Assembly: GCA_963699535.1 (NCBI GenBank) | Contig: CAVOUJ010000017.1 | Span: forward strand, 7,209-71,208 | DNA: 64,000 nucleotides | Origin: an uncultured beta proteobacterium | Lineage (GTDB): Bacteria; Pseudomonadota; Gammaproteobacteria; Burkholderiales; SG8-39 | Reading direction: 5' to 3' | In this document: positions 27,870-38,195 of the stretch, one piece after another | How the letters are laid out: every line of letters begins with the position of its first letter | How positions within the stretch are numbered: the first letter of the stretch is position 1 | Translations under genes and position numbers: made by a program | The notes under the pieces: generated by a model | The model's database searches: none | Told to the model about the DNA's origin: nothing | What the model saw: the letters and a program-made list of their open reading frames with translations, nothing else

Positions 27870-29189
27870 TCAAAGGTTGTAGCCCTTCTCGTTGTGCAGG
27901 ACGGTGTCGAGGCCCTCGTTCTCCTCCTCCGGCTGCACGCGCATCCCGGCCACCGCATCGCTCAGCTTGAGCAGGATCAAGGTGACCACGCCGGACCACG
28001 CCGCGACCGCGAGCACTCCGGTGAGCTGCACCAGCACCTGGCCGCCCATCGTCACCTTCTCGGCGTAACCCACGCCGCCAAAGTAGGCCGCGGCGAACAC
28101 GCCGGTGAGGAGGGTGCCGAGCATGCCTCCGACGCCGTGCACCGGGAACACGTCGAGCGAGTCGTCCACCTTGAGCGCCTGCTTCATGTAGCTGGTGGCG
28201 AAGAAGCAGACGATGCCGGCGGCGGCCCCGATCGCGAGCGCGCCTATGGGTCCGACGAAACCCGAGGCCGGTGTGATCGTGCCCAGGCCCGCGACCATGC
28301 CGGTCACGATGCCGAGCGCCGAGGGCTTGCCGTAGCGCATCCATTCGCAAACCATCCAGGCGAACGCCCCGGTCGCTGCGCCGATGTGCGTCACCAGCAT
28401 CGCCATGCCCGCGGCGCCGTCGGCGGCGATCGCGCTACCCGCGTTGAAGCCGAACCAGCCCACCCACAGCATGCAGGCACCGGTCACCGTCATGGTCATG
28501 TTGTGCGGCGGCATGGGCGTTTCCGGGAAAGCCCCTGCGCTTGCCGAGCACGAGCGCGCAGACCAGTGCAGCCATGCCGGCATTCAGGTGCACGACGGTG
28601 CCGCCGGCGAAATCCATGATCCCCATCTTCTGCAGCCAGCCGTCGCCCCAGACCCAGTGGGCGATCGGGCAATAGACGACGAGCAGCCACAGCAGGCTGA
28701 AGAGCAGCATGCCCGAGAATTTCACGCGCTCGGCATAGGCGCCGAGAACCAGCGCCGGCGTGATGATCGCAAAGGTGAGCTGATACATCGCGAACACGGT
28801 CTCCGGAATGGTCGTACCTGTCCTGATCGCCTTGAGGTCGATTCCGGCCAGGAACGACTTGGCGAAACCGCCGTACCACGCGTTGCTCGCGCCGCCGTCG
28901 CCGAACGCGATGCTGTATCCGACCACCAGCCACGCGAGCGTCACGATGCAGGTAATCGCGAAGCACTGCATGAGGACGGAAAGCACGTTCTTCATGCGCA
29001 CGAGGCCCGCGTAGAATAGCGCGAGTCCCGGGAGCGTCATGAACAGGACGAGCACCGACGAGGTGAGCATCCACGCCGTGTTCGCCGCGTCCAGCTTGGG
29101 CGGCTCCCCGCCAAGGCGAAGGGCGCGTGAAGGATCAACGGAGCCAGCAGGAATGAAATGAGGGAAGAACGGCAGCGGATTTTTGTCAT
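27870..29189 (-). pseudogene. amt: Ammonium transporter (Amt family), two frameshifts (about 28525 and 29108)
   Basis: The signal peptide MTKIRCRSSLISFLLAPLILHAPFALA is in the frame of ORF 29037..29273. The core ..AANTAWMLTSSVLVLFMTLPGLALFYAG..DFAGGTVVHLNAG.. is in 28435..29325. The C-terminal half ..WVGWFGFNAGS..VHGVGGMLGTLLTG.. is in 27870..28583. Confidence 0.8.
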
Positions 29190-29346
29190 TGATCTCCTCC
29201 TCGAGCGCGCCGCAGGCTGCTCCCGGCGCGATGCGAATGATGGACTCAATGTCGTCGTTTTCGCAAGACACACTGCGCCTCACACCGCATGGCCCGCCCG
29301 CCCAGTTGACACGATCCACCCGCACCCTTTAGCGTTGCCGGATTCC

Positions 29347-30042
29347 ATGCAGAGACGCGATTTCATGTTCGCCTGCGCTGCTTCGGCACTCGGCGTCTCG
29401 ATGCCGGCAGCGCCGGCCGACGCGCAACCGCGACTGTACTCCCGCGCGCGGCTGGTGAACCCGGGCGGCCAGCCGCTCAGGGCACGCGCCCTGCCCGCGA
29501 ACCAGAACTTCATATTCCACTACCCGTTCGCCGGCACGCCCTGCTTCCTTCTGAACCTCGGCAGGCCGGCCAAGGTATCGGCGCAGCTCAGAACCGCCGA
29601 CAAACACGTGTATCAGTGGCCGGGCGGAGTCGGCGCGGACCAGAACATCGTCGCCTACTCCGCGATCTGCGCCCATAAGCTGACCTATCCTACCCGCCAG
29701 ATCAGCTTCATCAGCTATCGCGGCGAGAAATCGGCCGGCAGCAAGTTCTCCCGCGTGATTCACTGTTGCTCGGAGCACAGCCAGTACGATCCCTCGGAGG
29801 GCGCCAAGGTCGTGGCGGGCCCTGCCCCGCAGCCGCTCGCCGCGATTCTTCTCGAACACGATCCCGCGAGCGACGGCCTGTACGCGGTCGGAACCCTGGG
29901 CGGGGAGATGTTCAACGAGTTTTTCAGCAAATACGAATTTCGTCTCGCGGTCGATCACAACGGGCAGGCTCGCGCAGCGGTCTCGGGGAGCTGCGTCGTG
30001 AGCGAGCTCGCAGAATACTGCCGGCAGCAAGTGAAGTGCTGA
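29347..30042 (+). CDS. Tat-exported Rieske-like [2Fe-2S] domain protein
   Basis: ATG 29347 opens [26 protein letters not shown] (a twin-arginine signal). The candidate cluster ligands are ..AICAHKL.. and ..[10 protein letters not shown].. (CxH...CxxH followed by SQYD, as in CPCHGSxYD). Confidence 0.55.
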   Translation: MQRRDFMFACAASALGVSMPAAPADAQPRLYSRARLVNPGGQPLRARALPANQNFIFHYPFAGTPCFLLNLGRPAKVSAQLRTADKHVYQWPGGVGADQNIVAYSAICAHKLTYPTRQISFISYRGEKSAGSKFSRVIHCCSEHSQYDPSEGAKVVAGPAPQPLAAILLEHDPASDGLYAVGTLGGEMFNEFFSKYEFRLAVDHNGQARAAVSGSCVVSELAEYCRQQVKC

Positions 30043-30049
30043 AAGCGGG

Positions 30050-30760
30050 ATGATCCCCTGGCTGGCGCTCGGCGCGCCTTTCCCGCCGGTACAGTCGGCG
30101 CTCAAGCAACCGAATGGTCTGCTCGCCGCGGGCGGGGAGTTGTCTTCCGAGCGCCTGCTCGAAGGCTATCGTCGCGGGATCTTCCCGTGGTTCAGCGAAG
30201 GCGAGCCCATACTGTGGTGGAGCCCGGACCCGCGCATGGTCCTGTTTCCAGATGAACTCAGGATCTCGCGCTCGCTGGCGAAGACCCTGCGCAACCGCCG
30301 CTACGAAGTACGCTTCGATTCGGCCTTCGATGAAGTCATAGCGGGGTGCGCCGCTCCGCGGAGCCGCGAGGCCGGCACGTGGATCACGGGCGAGATGATC
30401 GCCGCCTATCGCCGCCTGCGCGCGCTGGGCTGGGCGCATTCGGCAGAAACCTGGATCGACGGGGCACTCGCCGGAGGGCTCTACGGCGTGGCGGTCGGCC
30501 AGGTGTTCTTCGGCGAGTCGATGTTCTCGCGCAGCACCGACGCCTCCAAGATCGCGCTCGTTGCCCTGGTGGCGCATCTGAAGTCGTCCGATTTCCGCCT
30601 TATCGACTGCCAGATGCGCACGCAGCATCTCGAATCGCTCGGTGCGCGCGAGATCCCGCGGCGGCGGTTTTCCAGACTCCTCGAGGAGTTGATACACTAT
30701 CCGCGCCCGCCGGGGAGTTGGAACGGCGCATCCTTCGTGCACGAGCCATGTCGAAACTGA
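30050..30760 (+). CDS. aat: Leucyl/phenylalanyl-tRNA--protein transferase
   Basis: ..[30 protein letters not shown].. and ..[19 protein letters not shown].. are both present. 236 aa. Confidence 0.85.
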   Translation: MIPWLALGAPFPPVQSALKQPNGLLAAGGELSSERLLEGYRRGIFPWFSEGEPILWWSPDPRMVLFPDELRISRSLAKTLRNRRYEVRFDSAFDEVIAGCAAPRSREAGTWITGEMIAAYRRLRALGWAHSAETWIDGALAGGLYGVAVGQVFFGESMFSRSTDASKIALVALVAHLKSSDFRLIDCQMRTQHLESLGAREIPRRRFSRLLEELIHYPRPPGSWNGASFVHEPCRN

Positions 30761-31488
30761 ACGACCTGCCGCACGCAGTACTGCAGTTCTACGTGACTGC
30801 GCCCTACCCGTGCAGCTACCTGCCCGGCAGGATGGCGCGCTCGCAGGTCGCGACCCCGAGTCACTTGATCGGCACCGACCTCTACGCCGATCTGGTGCGT
30901 CTCGGTTTTCGCCGAAGCGGCATCTTCACCTACCGTCCCTACTGCGACCACTGCCGCGCCTGCGTTCCGGTGCGCGTCCCGGTCGAGGAGTTTCGCGCCT
31001 CGCGAAGCCAGCGGCGCGCGTGGGCCAAGCACGAAGCGCTGCAATCCACGGTGACGGGACTGCGCTTCCGAGTCGAGCATTACTCGCTCTACCTTCGCTA
31101 TCAGGCGAGCCGCCACGCCGGCGGCGGCATGGACCAGGACAGCCGCGACCAGTACTCGCATTTCCTGCTGCAGAGCCGGGTGAGCACGCGGTTGGTGGAA
31201 TTCCGCGACAAGGGAAAGCTGATGGTGGTGTCGATCGTCGATCACCTGGGAGACGGCCTTTCTTCCGTATACACCTTCTACGATCCCGACGCCGCCGGCG
31301 CGAGCTTCGGCACTTTCAACATCCTGTGGCAGATCGAGCAGTGCCGCCGCCTTCACCTGCCTTACCTGTATCTCGGCTACTGGATCAGGGACAGCCGCAA
31401 GATGTCCTACAAGGCGCGTTTCCAGCCGATCGAAGGATTCATCGACGGCGCGTGGCGGCGCGTGTCCCCGGAGGAGATCGGCTCCTAG
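30748..31488 (+). CDS. bpt: Arginyltransferase / aspartate-glutamate leucyltransferase
   Basis: ATG 30748 overlaps the aat 3' end. Motifs are ..CSYLPGR.., ..[25 protein letters not shown].. and ..YLYLGYWI... Confidence 0.85.
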   Translation: MSKLNDLPHAVLQFYVTAPYPCSYLPGRMARSQVATPSHLIGTDLYADLVRLGFRRSGIFTYRPYCDHCRACVPVRVPVEEFRASRSQRRAWAKHEALQSTVTGLRFRVEHYSLYLRYQASRHAGGGMDQDSRDQYSHFLLQSRVSTRLVEFRDKGKLMVVSIVDHLGDGLSSVYTFYDPDAAGASFGTFNILWQIEQCRRLHLPYLYLGYWIRDSRKMSYKARFQPIEGFIDGAWRRVSPEEIGS

Positions 31489-31524
31489 CCCGGAGCGCCG
31501 CCAGCGCGGCGGTACAATGTCGGC

Positions 31525-32553
31525 ATGCTCTATAGCGCCGTCCGGCCGCTGCTGTTCACGCTCGATCCGGAAACGGCGCACTGCGCGAGCCTGGCATCGC
31601 TCGACGCCCTGAACCGCCTCGGCGCCGCGTCGTTCCTCGCCACCGCCGCGCCCCGCATTCCCGTGCGCGCGATGGGCCTGGATTTCCCCAATCCCGTGGG
31701 CCTCGCAGCCGGCATGGACAAGAACGGCGAGCACATCGACGGACTTTCCGCCCTCGGCTTCGGCTTCCTCGAAGTCGGAGCCGCGACCCCCCGCCCGCAA
31801 GGGGGCAATCCCAAGCCGCGCCTTTTCCGCCTCCCCGAGGCCGAAGCGCTGATCAATCGACTGGGGTTCAACAACGCCGGGGTCGACGTCCTCGTCGAAA
31901 ACATCCGCCGCTCGCAGTATCGCGGCGTTCTCGGAGTCAACATAGGAAGAAACTTCGACACTCCCAACGAGCGCGCGGCCGACGACTACGTCGCCTGCCT
32001 GCGCAAGGTCCACGCGCACGCGAGCTTCGTGACCGCGAACATTTCCTCACCCAACACCAAGGACCTGCGGGCGTTGCAGCGCCCGGACGGCCTCGATGGG
32101 CTCCTCGTCGCCCTCGCCGCAGAACGCGATCGACTGACCCGGGAGCAAGGAAAACGCGTTCCCCTCGCAGTCAAGGTCGCACCGGATCTCGACGATGCTG
32201 CGATCGAGGCGATCGCCGACCGCGTCGTTGCCCGCGGCATCGACGCGGTGATCGCGACCAATACGACGGTATCGCGCAAAGGAGTCGAGCACCTGCCCGC
32301 GAGCCACGAGCGCGGCGGCCTTTCCGGCTCGCCGCTCAAGGCGCTCGCCACGGCGATCGTGGCCAAGTTTCGCCGTGTGCTGCCCGAAAGCGTGGCGATC
32401 GTCGGAGTCGGCGGCATCGCGAGCGCCGCCGACGCCCGCGAAAAGCTGGACGCAGGCGCCAGCCTCGTCCAGCTCTATACGGCACTCGTCTTTCGGGGGC
32501 CGTCCCTGGTAGGCGAGATCGTAAGAGGCCTCGCGGCGGGACAATCCCGATGA
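31525..32553 (+). CDS. pyrD: Dihydroorotate dehydrogenase (quinone)
   Basis: [19 protein letters not shown].., [11 protein letters not shown] and [26 protein letters not shown] are all present. 342 aa, intact. Confidence 0.9.
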   Translation: MLYSAVRPLLFTLDPETAHCASLASLDALNRLGAASFLATAAPRIPVRAMGLDFPNPVGLAAGMDKNGEHIDGLSALGFGFLEVGAATPRPQGGNPKPRLFRLPEAEALINRLGFNNAGVDVLVENIRRSQYRGVLGVNIGRNFDTPNERAADDYVACLRKVHAHASFVTANISSPNTKDLRALQRPDGLDGLLVALAAERDRLTREQGKRVPLAVKVAPDLDDAAIEAIADRVVARGIDAVIATNTTVSRKGVEHLPASHERGGLSGSPLKALATAIVAKFRRVLPESVAIVGVGGIASAADAREKLDAGASLVQLYTALVFRGPSLVGEIVRGLAAGQSR

Positions 32554-33287
32554 GCAGCCTTGTCGACCGGATCGACGCGCTTCTCCCGCAGACGCAGTGC
32601 ACGAAATGCGGCTACCCCGCCTGCAGGCCCTACGCCGAAGCGATCGCGAACGGCGAGGCGGACATCAATCGCTGCCCCCCCGGCGGCGAGGCGGGCGTGG
32701 GCAAGCTCGCGGCGCTCCTCGGCCGCGAGGCCAAGCCCCTCGACCTCTCTCGCGGGGTCGAGCAGCCGCGCCGCGTTGCACTGATCGACGAGGCTCGCTG
32801 CATCGGCTGCACACTCTGCATCCAGGCCTGCCCGGTGGATGCGATCGTCGGCGCGGCGAGGCTGATGCACACGGTGGTGACGGAGCTTTGCTCGGGCTGC
32901 GACCTGTGCGTTCCGCCCTGCCCGGTGGATTGCATCGAAATGGTGCCCGCGACCGGCGATGACGCGCTCTGGGACCGGCCGCGGGCGGATGCGGCTCGCG
33001 AGCGCTTCGAGCTGCGCCGTGCGCGTCTGGAGCGCGAGCGCAGCGACCGCGCCGAGCGCCTGGCGCAGCGCGCCCTCGAGGCGAGACGCTCCGATCCGGA
33101 GGCCGAGGAAGAAACGCGCGATCATCCAGGCGGCGATCGAGCGGGCGCGGGCGAAGCGCGCCGCGGTCGCGCCGCGAAACACCGAGAATCTCGCCGCCGA
33201 CGCTCAGGCGCGGATCGCCGAAGTCGACGCCCGCCGGGCGCGGATCAAGAAGGCGATCGAAGACGCAAGAGGCTGAAGGCCCCGTGA
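32550..33287 (+). CDS. RnfB-like ferredoxin (probable frameshift near 33110; the natural end is probably 33276)
   Basis: The N-terminus is ..[25 protein letters not shown]... There are two 4Fe-4S motifs, [12 protein letters not shown] and [12 protein letters not shown]. The Ala/Lys/Arg-rich tail reads more naturally in the frame of ORF 32959..33276 ([19 protein letters not shown]...[10 protein letters not shown]). Confidence 0.7.
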   Translation: MSSLVDRIDALLPQTQCTKCGYPACRPYAEAIANGEADINRCPPGGEAGVGKLAALLGREAKPLDLSRGVEQPRRVALIDEARCIGCTLCIQACPVDAIVGAARLMHTVVTELCSGCDLCVPPCPVDCIEMVPATGDDALWDRPRADAARERFELRRARLERERSDRAERLAQRALEARRSDPEAEEETRDHPGGDRAGAGEARRGRAAKHRESRRRRSGADRRSRRPPGADQEGDRRRKRLKAP

Positions 33288-33919
33288 ACGCCGAAAAGCG
33301 CCGCAAGATCTTCGAGCGCCTGCGCTCGGCAAATCCGAATCCGACCACCGAGCTCGCGTATCGAACGCCTTTCGAGCTGCTGGTGTCGGTCATTCTGTCC
33401 GCGCAGGCGACCGACAGGAGCGTGAATCTCGCCACCGAAAAGCTCTACAAGGTGGCTTCCACTCCGCAGCAGTTTCTCGCGCTCGGCATGGAGGGTCTGG
33501 TCGAGCACATCCGCACGATCGGCCTGTACCGCTCCAAAGCCAGGCACATCCTCGAGACCTGCCGCCTGCTCTGCGAGCGCCACGGCGGACAGGTCCCGCA
33601 ATCGCGGGAGGCGCTGGAAGCTCTGCCCGGCGTCGGCCGGAAAACCGCAAACGTGATCCTCAACACGGCCTTCGGCCACCCGACGATCGCGGTGGATACG
33701 CACATCTTTCGCGTCGCCAATCGCACCGGCCTCGCGCCGGGAAAGGACGTGCGCGAGGTCGAGGACAAGCTGCTGAAATTCGTCCCGGAGACTTTCCTGA
33801 AGAATGCTCATCACTGGCTGATCCTGCACGGGCGCTACGTGTGCAAGGCGAGAAAGCCGGATTGCCCGGCCTGCGTGATCAGGGACCTGTGCGAATACCG
33901 GGGAAAGACTACCGAATAA
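33284..33919 (+). CDS. nth: Endonuclease III
   Basis: The HhH motif is [13 protein letters not shown]. The Fe-S loop is [19 protein letters not shown]. 211 aa. Confidence 0.9.
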   Translation: MNAEKRRKIFERLRSANPNPTTELAYRTPFELLVSVILSAQATDRSVNLATEKLYKVASTPQQFLALGMEGLVEHIRTIGLYRSKARHILETCRLLCERHGGQVPQSREALEALPGVGRKTANVILNTAFGHPTIAVDTHIFRVANRTGLAPGKDVREVEDKLLKFVPETFLKNAHHWLILHGRYVCKARKPDCPACVIRDLCEYRGKTTE

Positions 33920-34229
33920 CGTGCAGGGAGCCTTTTTGACTCGCGTAGAAGGCGGCGAGGTCCGCAATGTCCTGCGGGGTGAGATTCCCGACCTGCCCCG
34001 CCATGATCGGGTTCTTGCGCGCGCCGGACTTGTAGTCGCGCAGCGCTTTCAGCAGGTAATCGTAGTGCTGCCCGGCGAGCCGCGGAAAATCCGGCCCGGC
34101 GGGGCTGTTTCCATCGGGTCCGTGGCATGCGGCGCAGGCCTGCGATTTCGCCTTCCCCTGCGCGGCGTCGCCCGCGGCCAGGGCCGGCGAAGCGGCGAAG
34201 GCGAGGACGAGCGCGAGAATTGCTTTCAT
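33909..34229 (-). CDS. Monohaem class I cytochrome c (106 aa)
   Basis: MKAILALVLAFAASPALAAGDAAQGKAKSQACAACHG (CxxCH) is followed by ..NPIMAGQ... Its ATG overlaps the upstream stop (ATGA). Confidence 0.75.
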   Translation of the reverse strand: MKAILALVLAFAASPALAAGDAAQGKAKSQACAACHGPDGNSPAGPDFPRLAGQHYDYLLKALRDYKSGARKNPIMAGQVGNLTPQDIADLAAFYASQKGSLHVIR

Positions 34230-34552
34230 TTGCCCGCCTTTCCCGCGCGCCCATAGTAGGCGGCGACGTCGGCCATGTCCTGATCGCTGAGACTCTTGGC
34301 GATTCCCTGCATGCTCGGATGGCTGCGCTCGCCGGCTCTGTAGGCCTGCAGCGCCTTGACGAGGTACTCGGGCGACTGCCCCGCGATCATGGGCACCGAG
34401 TACACCTCGGGGAATACCGTCTTGTACATCGGAATGCCGTGGCAGCCGATGCACATCGAGACCTTTCCCTTGGCGGCTTCGGCGTTTCCCGTCTGTGCGT
34501 GGACAGCGGCGCAGGCCAGCAGAAACGGGACCAGAGCGAGCGATTTTTTCAT
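34226..34552 (-). CDS. Monohaem class I cytochrome c (108 aa)
   Basis: The internal Met 34552 gives MKKSLALVPFLLACAAVHAQ.. (signal), then ..MCIGCHG (CxxCH) and ..HPSMQGI... Confidence 0.75.
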   Translation of the reverse strand: MKKSLALVPFLLACAAVHAQTGNAEAAKGKVSMCIGCHGIPMYKTVFPEVYSVPMIAGQSPEYLVKALQAYRAGERSHPSMQGIAKSLSDQDMADVAAYYGRAGKAGK

Positions 34553-34606
34553 TGATTTGATGGGAACTCTTCCCGGCCAAAAAAAGCTGCGCAATTCTAT
34601 CCCAGG

Positions 34607-35336
34607 TTAAAGCGGACGCAAAGCGGCAGTGCGGGCGGCTCCTCCGGGCAGGCAGCGGTCCAATCCGGCGGCCACGGCGGCAGCGATGCGCTGGCGCACG
34701 CTCTCCTTCTGCATTTCCAGTTCTTCGTTGCGGTTGAGAATCACTCCGGCTTCGAGGAGCACGGCGGGTGTTCGCGCCGTCTTCAGCACAATGAGGTTGT
34801 CGTAGTAGTGGACCCCGTTCAGCTTGTCCGCAAACGGCTTCCGCTCGCCCGGAATCGGGTCGGCGTGATAGAGCGAAGGCGAGAAACCGGCGCGGCGCAT
34901 CTCCTCGCCGATCGCGGAAGCGCAGGCGAGACTGCGGCGAAGCGAAAGGTCCTTTGCGCGAGACGAACAGCGAGAATCCCGAGTAGCGATCGCAATACAG
35001 GCGCTCGACTCCTTCGTGCTCCCAGGTCTGGAGGAAGTGCGGCTGTACCGAATCGTGATGCACCGAAAGGAGAAAGCCCGCCTTCGCGCCGGCCATGGAG
35101 CGCGCCGCAAGCCTCGACATGAGGCCGTCGAATCCGATCAGGAAGCTGGCCAGTCCCTTTGCGAGAACTGCGGAATCGATTTCCAGGGCGAGGTCCCTGT
35201 TGAACTCGAGCTCGGCGCGCCCGCGCGCGCTGGTGGCGCCGGGCTCCTCATGGTAGTGACCTACGTCAATGGCCACGGTGGTCTGCGCCTGGACCGATGC
35301 CGCGGCAAGCGAGAAGGCAAAGAGGACAATTCGCAC
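34607..35336 (-). pseudogene. N-acetylmuramoyl-L-alanine amidase (Amidase_3-like), one frameshift near 34954
   Basis: The N-terminus has the signal MRIVLFAFSLAAASVQAQ, then ..AIDVGHY.. and ..LLSVHHDS... The C-terminus is in the frame of ORF 34607..35110 (..YYDNLIVLKTARTPAVLLEAGVILN..). Confidence 0.65.
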
Positions 35337-35411
35337 GCACGGATTGTGCGCGAGCCGCGCCCGGGCTGCAAGAAGCCGCTAAAATGGCGCATCGACCAAA
35401 GGACAGAACCC

Positions 35412-36257
35412 ATGCGCTTCAGCGGTTCCGACGCATACGTTTCCACCGACGACCTGACCCTTGCGGTCAACGCTGCCATCAAGCTTGAGCGCCCGCTGCT
35501 GGTGAAGGGCGAGCCCGGGACCGGGAAAACGATGCTCGCGGTGGAGGTGGCGAAATCGCTCGGACTGCCGCTGCTCGAATGGCACATCAAGTCCACCACC
35601 AAGGCGCAGCAGGGCTTGTACGAGTACGACGCGGTGAGCCGTCTGCGCGATTCGCAGCTGGGCGACTCTCGCGTGCAGGAGATCCGCAACTACATCGTCA
35701 AGGGAATGCTGTGGCAGGCGTTCACGTCGGCGACCCCGGTCGTGCTGCTCATCGACGAGATCGACAAGGCCGACATCGAGTTCCCGAACGACCTCCTGCG
35801 CGAGCTCGATCGCATGGAATTCTTCGTCTATGAGACGCGCGAGCTGATCAAGGCGAAGAGCCGCCCGGTCGTGTTCATCACCTCGAACAACGAAAAGGAG
35901 CTGCCCGACGCATTCCTGCGGCGCTGCTTCTTCCACTACATCCGCTTCCCCGACAAGGAGACGATGGAGAGAATCGTCGAGGTCCACTTCCCGGGGCTGA
36001 AGAAGTCGCTCCTGCGCGAGGCCCTCGAAGTGTTCTTCGAGGTGCGCGAAGTCCCCGGCCTGAAGAAGAAACCCTCGACTTCGGAGCTGCTCGACTGGCT
36101 GAAGCTCCTCCTCGCCGAGGACATCCCCCCCGAGGCGCTCAGAAGCAAGGATCGCAAGACGATCATCCCTCCCCTGCACGGCGCGCTGCTCAAGAACGAG
36201 CAGGACGTGCACCTCTTCGAACGCCTGGTGTTCATGACGCGCGCCAAGACTAGCTGA
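35412..36257 (+). CDS. MoxR-like AAA+ ATPase
   Basis: ATG 35412. Walker A is GEPGTGKT, Walker B is VLLIDEIDKA, and a later motif is ..VFITSNNEKELPDAFLRRC... 281 aa. Confidence 0.85.
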   Translation: MRFSGSDAYVSTDDLTLAVNAAIKLERPLLVKGEPGTGKTMLAVEVAKSLGLPLLEWHIKSTTKAQQGLYEYDAVSRLRDSQLGDSRVQEIRNYIVKGMLWQAFTSATPVVLLIDEIDKADIEFPNDLLRELDRMEFFVYETRELIKAKSRPVVFITSNNEKELPDAFLRRCFFHYIRFPDKETMERIVEVHFPGLKKSLLREALEVFFEVREVPGLKKKPSTSELLDWLKLLLAEDIPPEALRSKDRKTIIPPLHGALLKNEQDVHLFERLVFMTRAKTS

Positions 36258-36299
36258 GCCGAAACTGCGAATCCTGCATGCCTTCCACGCGATGAGGCA

Positions 36300-37160
36300 T
36301 TGGCGGCAATGCAGGTGAGCGCGAGTATCGGACGCCTTATCGCGCTCGCCGCCTTGTTTGTCCCGTCCGTCGCCCTGGCTCAGCAGCCAGCAACCGCGGA
36401 AACCGGGGAGCCGAACCTCGCGCAGTCAACTCCGGGCGGCGCCCGCCTGACGGATTCCGAATCTCCCCGCACCTCGGAAAAGCAGACTGGACGGGTCGAG
36501 CTGAAGCGCTGGAACACCTCGCGCGGAACGTCCGAGGAGTCGACCCAGACCAATCTGCGGCTCGAGGCCTTCCTCGACGGGACTGTCGATCTCCTGCGCC
36601 TCGACCTTCCGTTTCCCGATGAAGAGACGGACTTCAGCGGCAGCCCGTTCAGCCCGCGCATGGGAGACATCAAGGTCCGGACCCGATTCCGCGCGGTGAA
36701 ATCAGGCGAGCTTTCCTTTTCCTCGTTTGTCGAGGCGATTTTCCCGACCGCCGCCGACGATCTCGGCAGCGGCAAGTATCAGCTGAGCGCCGGACTGAGG
36801 ATGCTCGCGCGGGTGAGCCCGCCGTTCCTCGATCCCGCGACCCACAGGATGCAGTTCGAGGCCCAGGTGTCCCAGGTCAATTCGGTCGCCGGCGACCCGG
36901 ACCGCAAGGACATCAATGCCACCAAGTTCGAATTCACCCTCTACGATCTCTGGCATGGCAGGTACACGATGAAGGTGAAGCTGAAACCGAATGTTGACTG
37001 GATCCAGGACAAGACAGGCGCCGTTGCCGAGATGGAGATAGGCATGCTCATGGCGAACTGGCGAACCTGGCTCATGGCGGGCCGCCGCGCCTGGGGGCCC
37101 TCGGGGATCCAGGCGACCTACGACACCCGGGTCGAGCTCGGGCTGGCGCGGACGTATTGA
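36300..37160 (+). CDS. Secreted hypothetical protein, possible outer-membrane beta-barrel
   Basis: The signal peptide is ..IGRLIALAALFVPSVALAQQ. It is rich in alternating beta-type segments and ends ..VELGLARTY with a terminal aromatic residue. It is inserted between the MoxR and VWA genes. Confidence 0.4.
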   Translation: MAAMQVSASIGRLIALAALFVPSVALAQQPATAETGEPNLAQSTPGGARLTDSESPRTSEKQTGRVELKRWNTSRGTSEESTQTNLRLEAFLDGTVDLLRLDLPFPDEETDFSGSPFSPRMGDIKVRTRFRAVKSGELSFSSFVEAIFPTAADDLGSGKYQLSAGLRMLARVSPPFLDPATHRMQFEAQVSQVNSVAGDPDRKDINATKFEFTLYDLWHGRYTMKVKLKPNVDWIQDKTGAVAEMEIGMLMANWRTWLMAGRRAWGPSGIQATYDTRVELGLARTY

Positions 37161-37186
37161 ACGCGCGCCGGGGGCTGCTGAGGAAG

Positions 37187-38143
37187 CTACTCGACCTTGA
37201 TACCGGCAGCCTTGATGACCGGCCACCACTTGTCGATCTCGGCCTTGTGGAAGGCCGCCAGGCCTTCGGGCGTCTGCAGCTCGCGCGGGGCGACGTCCAG
37301 GCCCAGCTCGGCGAAACGCGCCTTGATCGCCGGATCGGCGAGCGCCTCGACCATCGCGCCGTTGAGCTTCGCGACGACAGGCTTCGGGATGCCCCTCGGG
37401 CCGAACAGCCCGAACCAGCCGGCGGCGTAGAGCCCCGGTATTCCCGCTTCGTCCGACGTCGGCACGTCGGGCACGACCGCGGAGCGCTTGGGCGAGAGGT
37501 TGGCGAAGACCTTGACCGCTCTGGCGCGCGCTTGCGGCAGCGCCGCGGCGGCCTGGAGGATCATCAGGTCGACCTGCCCGCCGAGCATCGCCTGCATCGC
37601 CGGCCCGGCGCCACGGAAGGGGACGAACGTGAGCGTCGTCCCCGTGGCCTGCTGCATCTGGATGCCTGCGAGCTTCGCCGCCGCGGTCTGCTCGACCAGC
37701 GTCGCCTTTCCCGGATTGGCCTTCATCCACGCCACCAGCCCCTTCAGGTCGCTCGCTGGGAAGTCCTTGCGCGCGATCATCAGCTGTGGGTTGATCGACA
37801 TCAGGCCGATCGGCTCGAAGTCTTTCTGCAGGTCGTAGTTCAGCGGGTAGATGATGTTGCCGACGTGCGTGTCCCACTGGCCGATGTCGATGGTGTAGCC
37901 GTCGGGATTGGCGCGCGCCACGCGCCCCAGCGCGATGCTGCCGCCGGCGCCGCCGACGTTCTCGATGACCACCGTCTGCCCGAGCGGCGCTCGCATGCGC
38001 TCGGCGATGATGCGCGCGGTGGTGTCGGTCGAGCCGCCGGGCGGGAACGGCGAGATGAGCGTGACCGGCCGCGTCGGAAAATTCTGTGCAGCGGCGAAGC
38101 CGGCAAAGGCCGCGAGTGCGGCCGAAATCACGAATCTGATCAT
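37187..38143 (-). CDS. Bug-family (TctC-like) tripartite tricarboxylate transporter substrate-binding protein
   Basis: ..QNFPTRPVTLISPFPPGGSTDTTARIIAE..VVIENVGGAGG.. is the typical Bug N-terminal signature. 318 aa, intact. Confidence 0.85.
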   Translation of the reverse strand: MIRFVISAALAAFAGFAAAQNFPTRPVTLISPFPPGGSTDTTARIIAERMRAPLGQTVVIENVGGAGGSIALGRVARANPDGYTIDIGQWDTHVGNIIYPLNYDLQKDFEPIGLMSINPQLMIARKDFPASDLKGLVAWMKANPGKATLVEQTAAAKLAGIQMQQATGTTLTFVPFRGAGPAMQAMLGGQVDLMILQAAAALPQARARAVKVFANLSPKRSAVVPDVPTSDEAGIPGLYAAGWFGLFGPRGIPKPVVAKLNGAMVEALADPAIKARFAELGLDVAPRELQTPEGLAAFHKAEIDKWWPVIKAAGIKVE

Positions 38144-38195
38144 CGCGCTCTCCTCGTGTTGAATTGCAAGGGCTTACAATAGCCCCACCGACCCT

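Noticed and set aside
29190-29346. Possible sigma-54 (NtrC-type) promoter upstream of amt (GGCGCAGTGTGTCTTGC on the minus strand)
   Set aside because: The GG..GC spacing is 13 nt rather than the canonical 10, so it does not fit the -24/-12 architecture.
33909-35336. 475-aa ORF read as one protein
   Set aside because: It is a composite. The amidase N-terminus, an off-frame passage through one cytochrome c gene and the in-frame second cytochrome c gene happen to lack stops. Signal peptides and CxxCH motifs show three separate genes.
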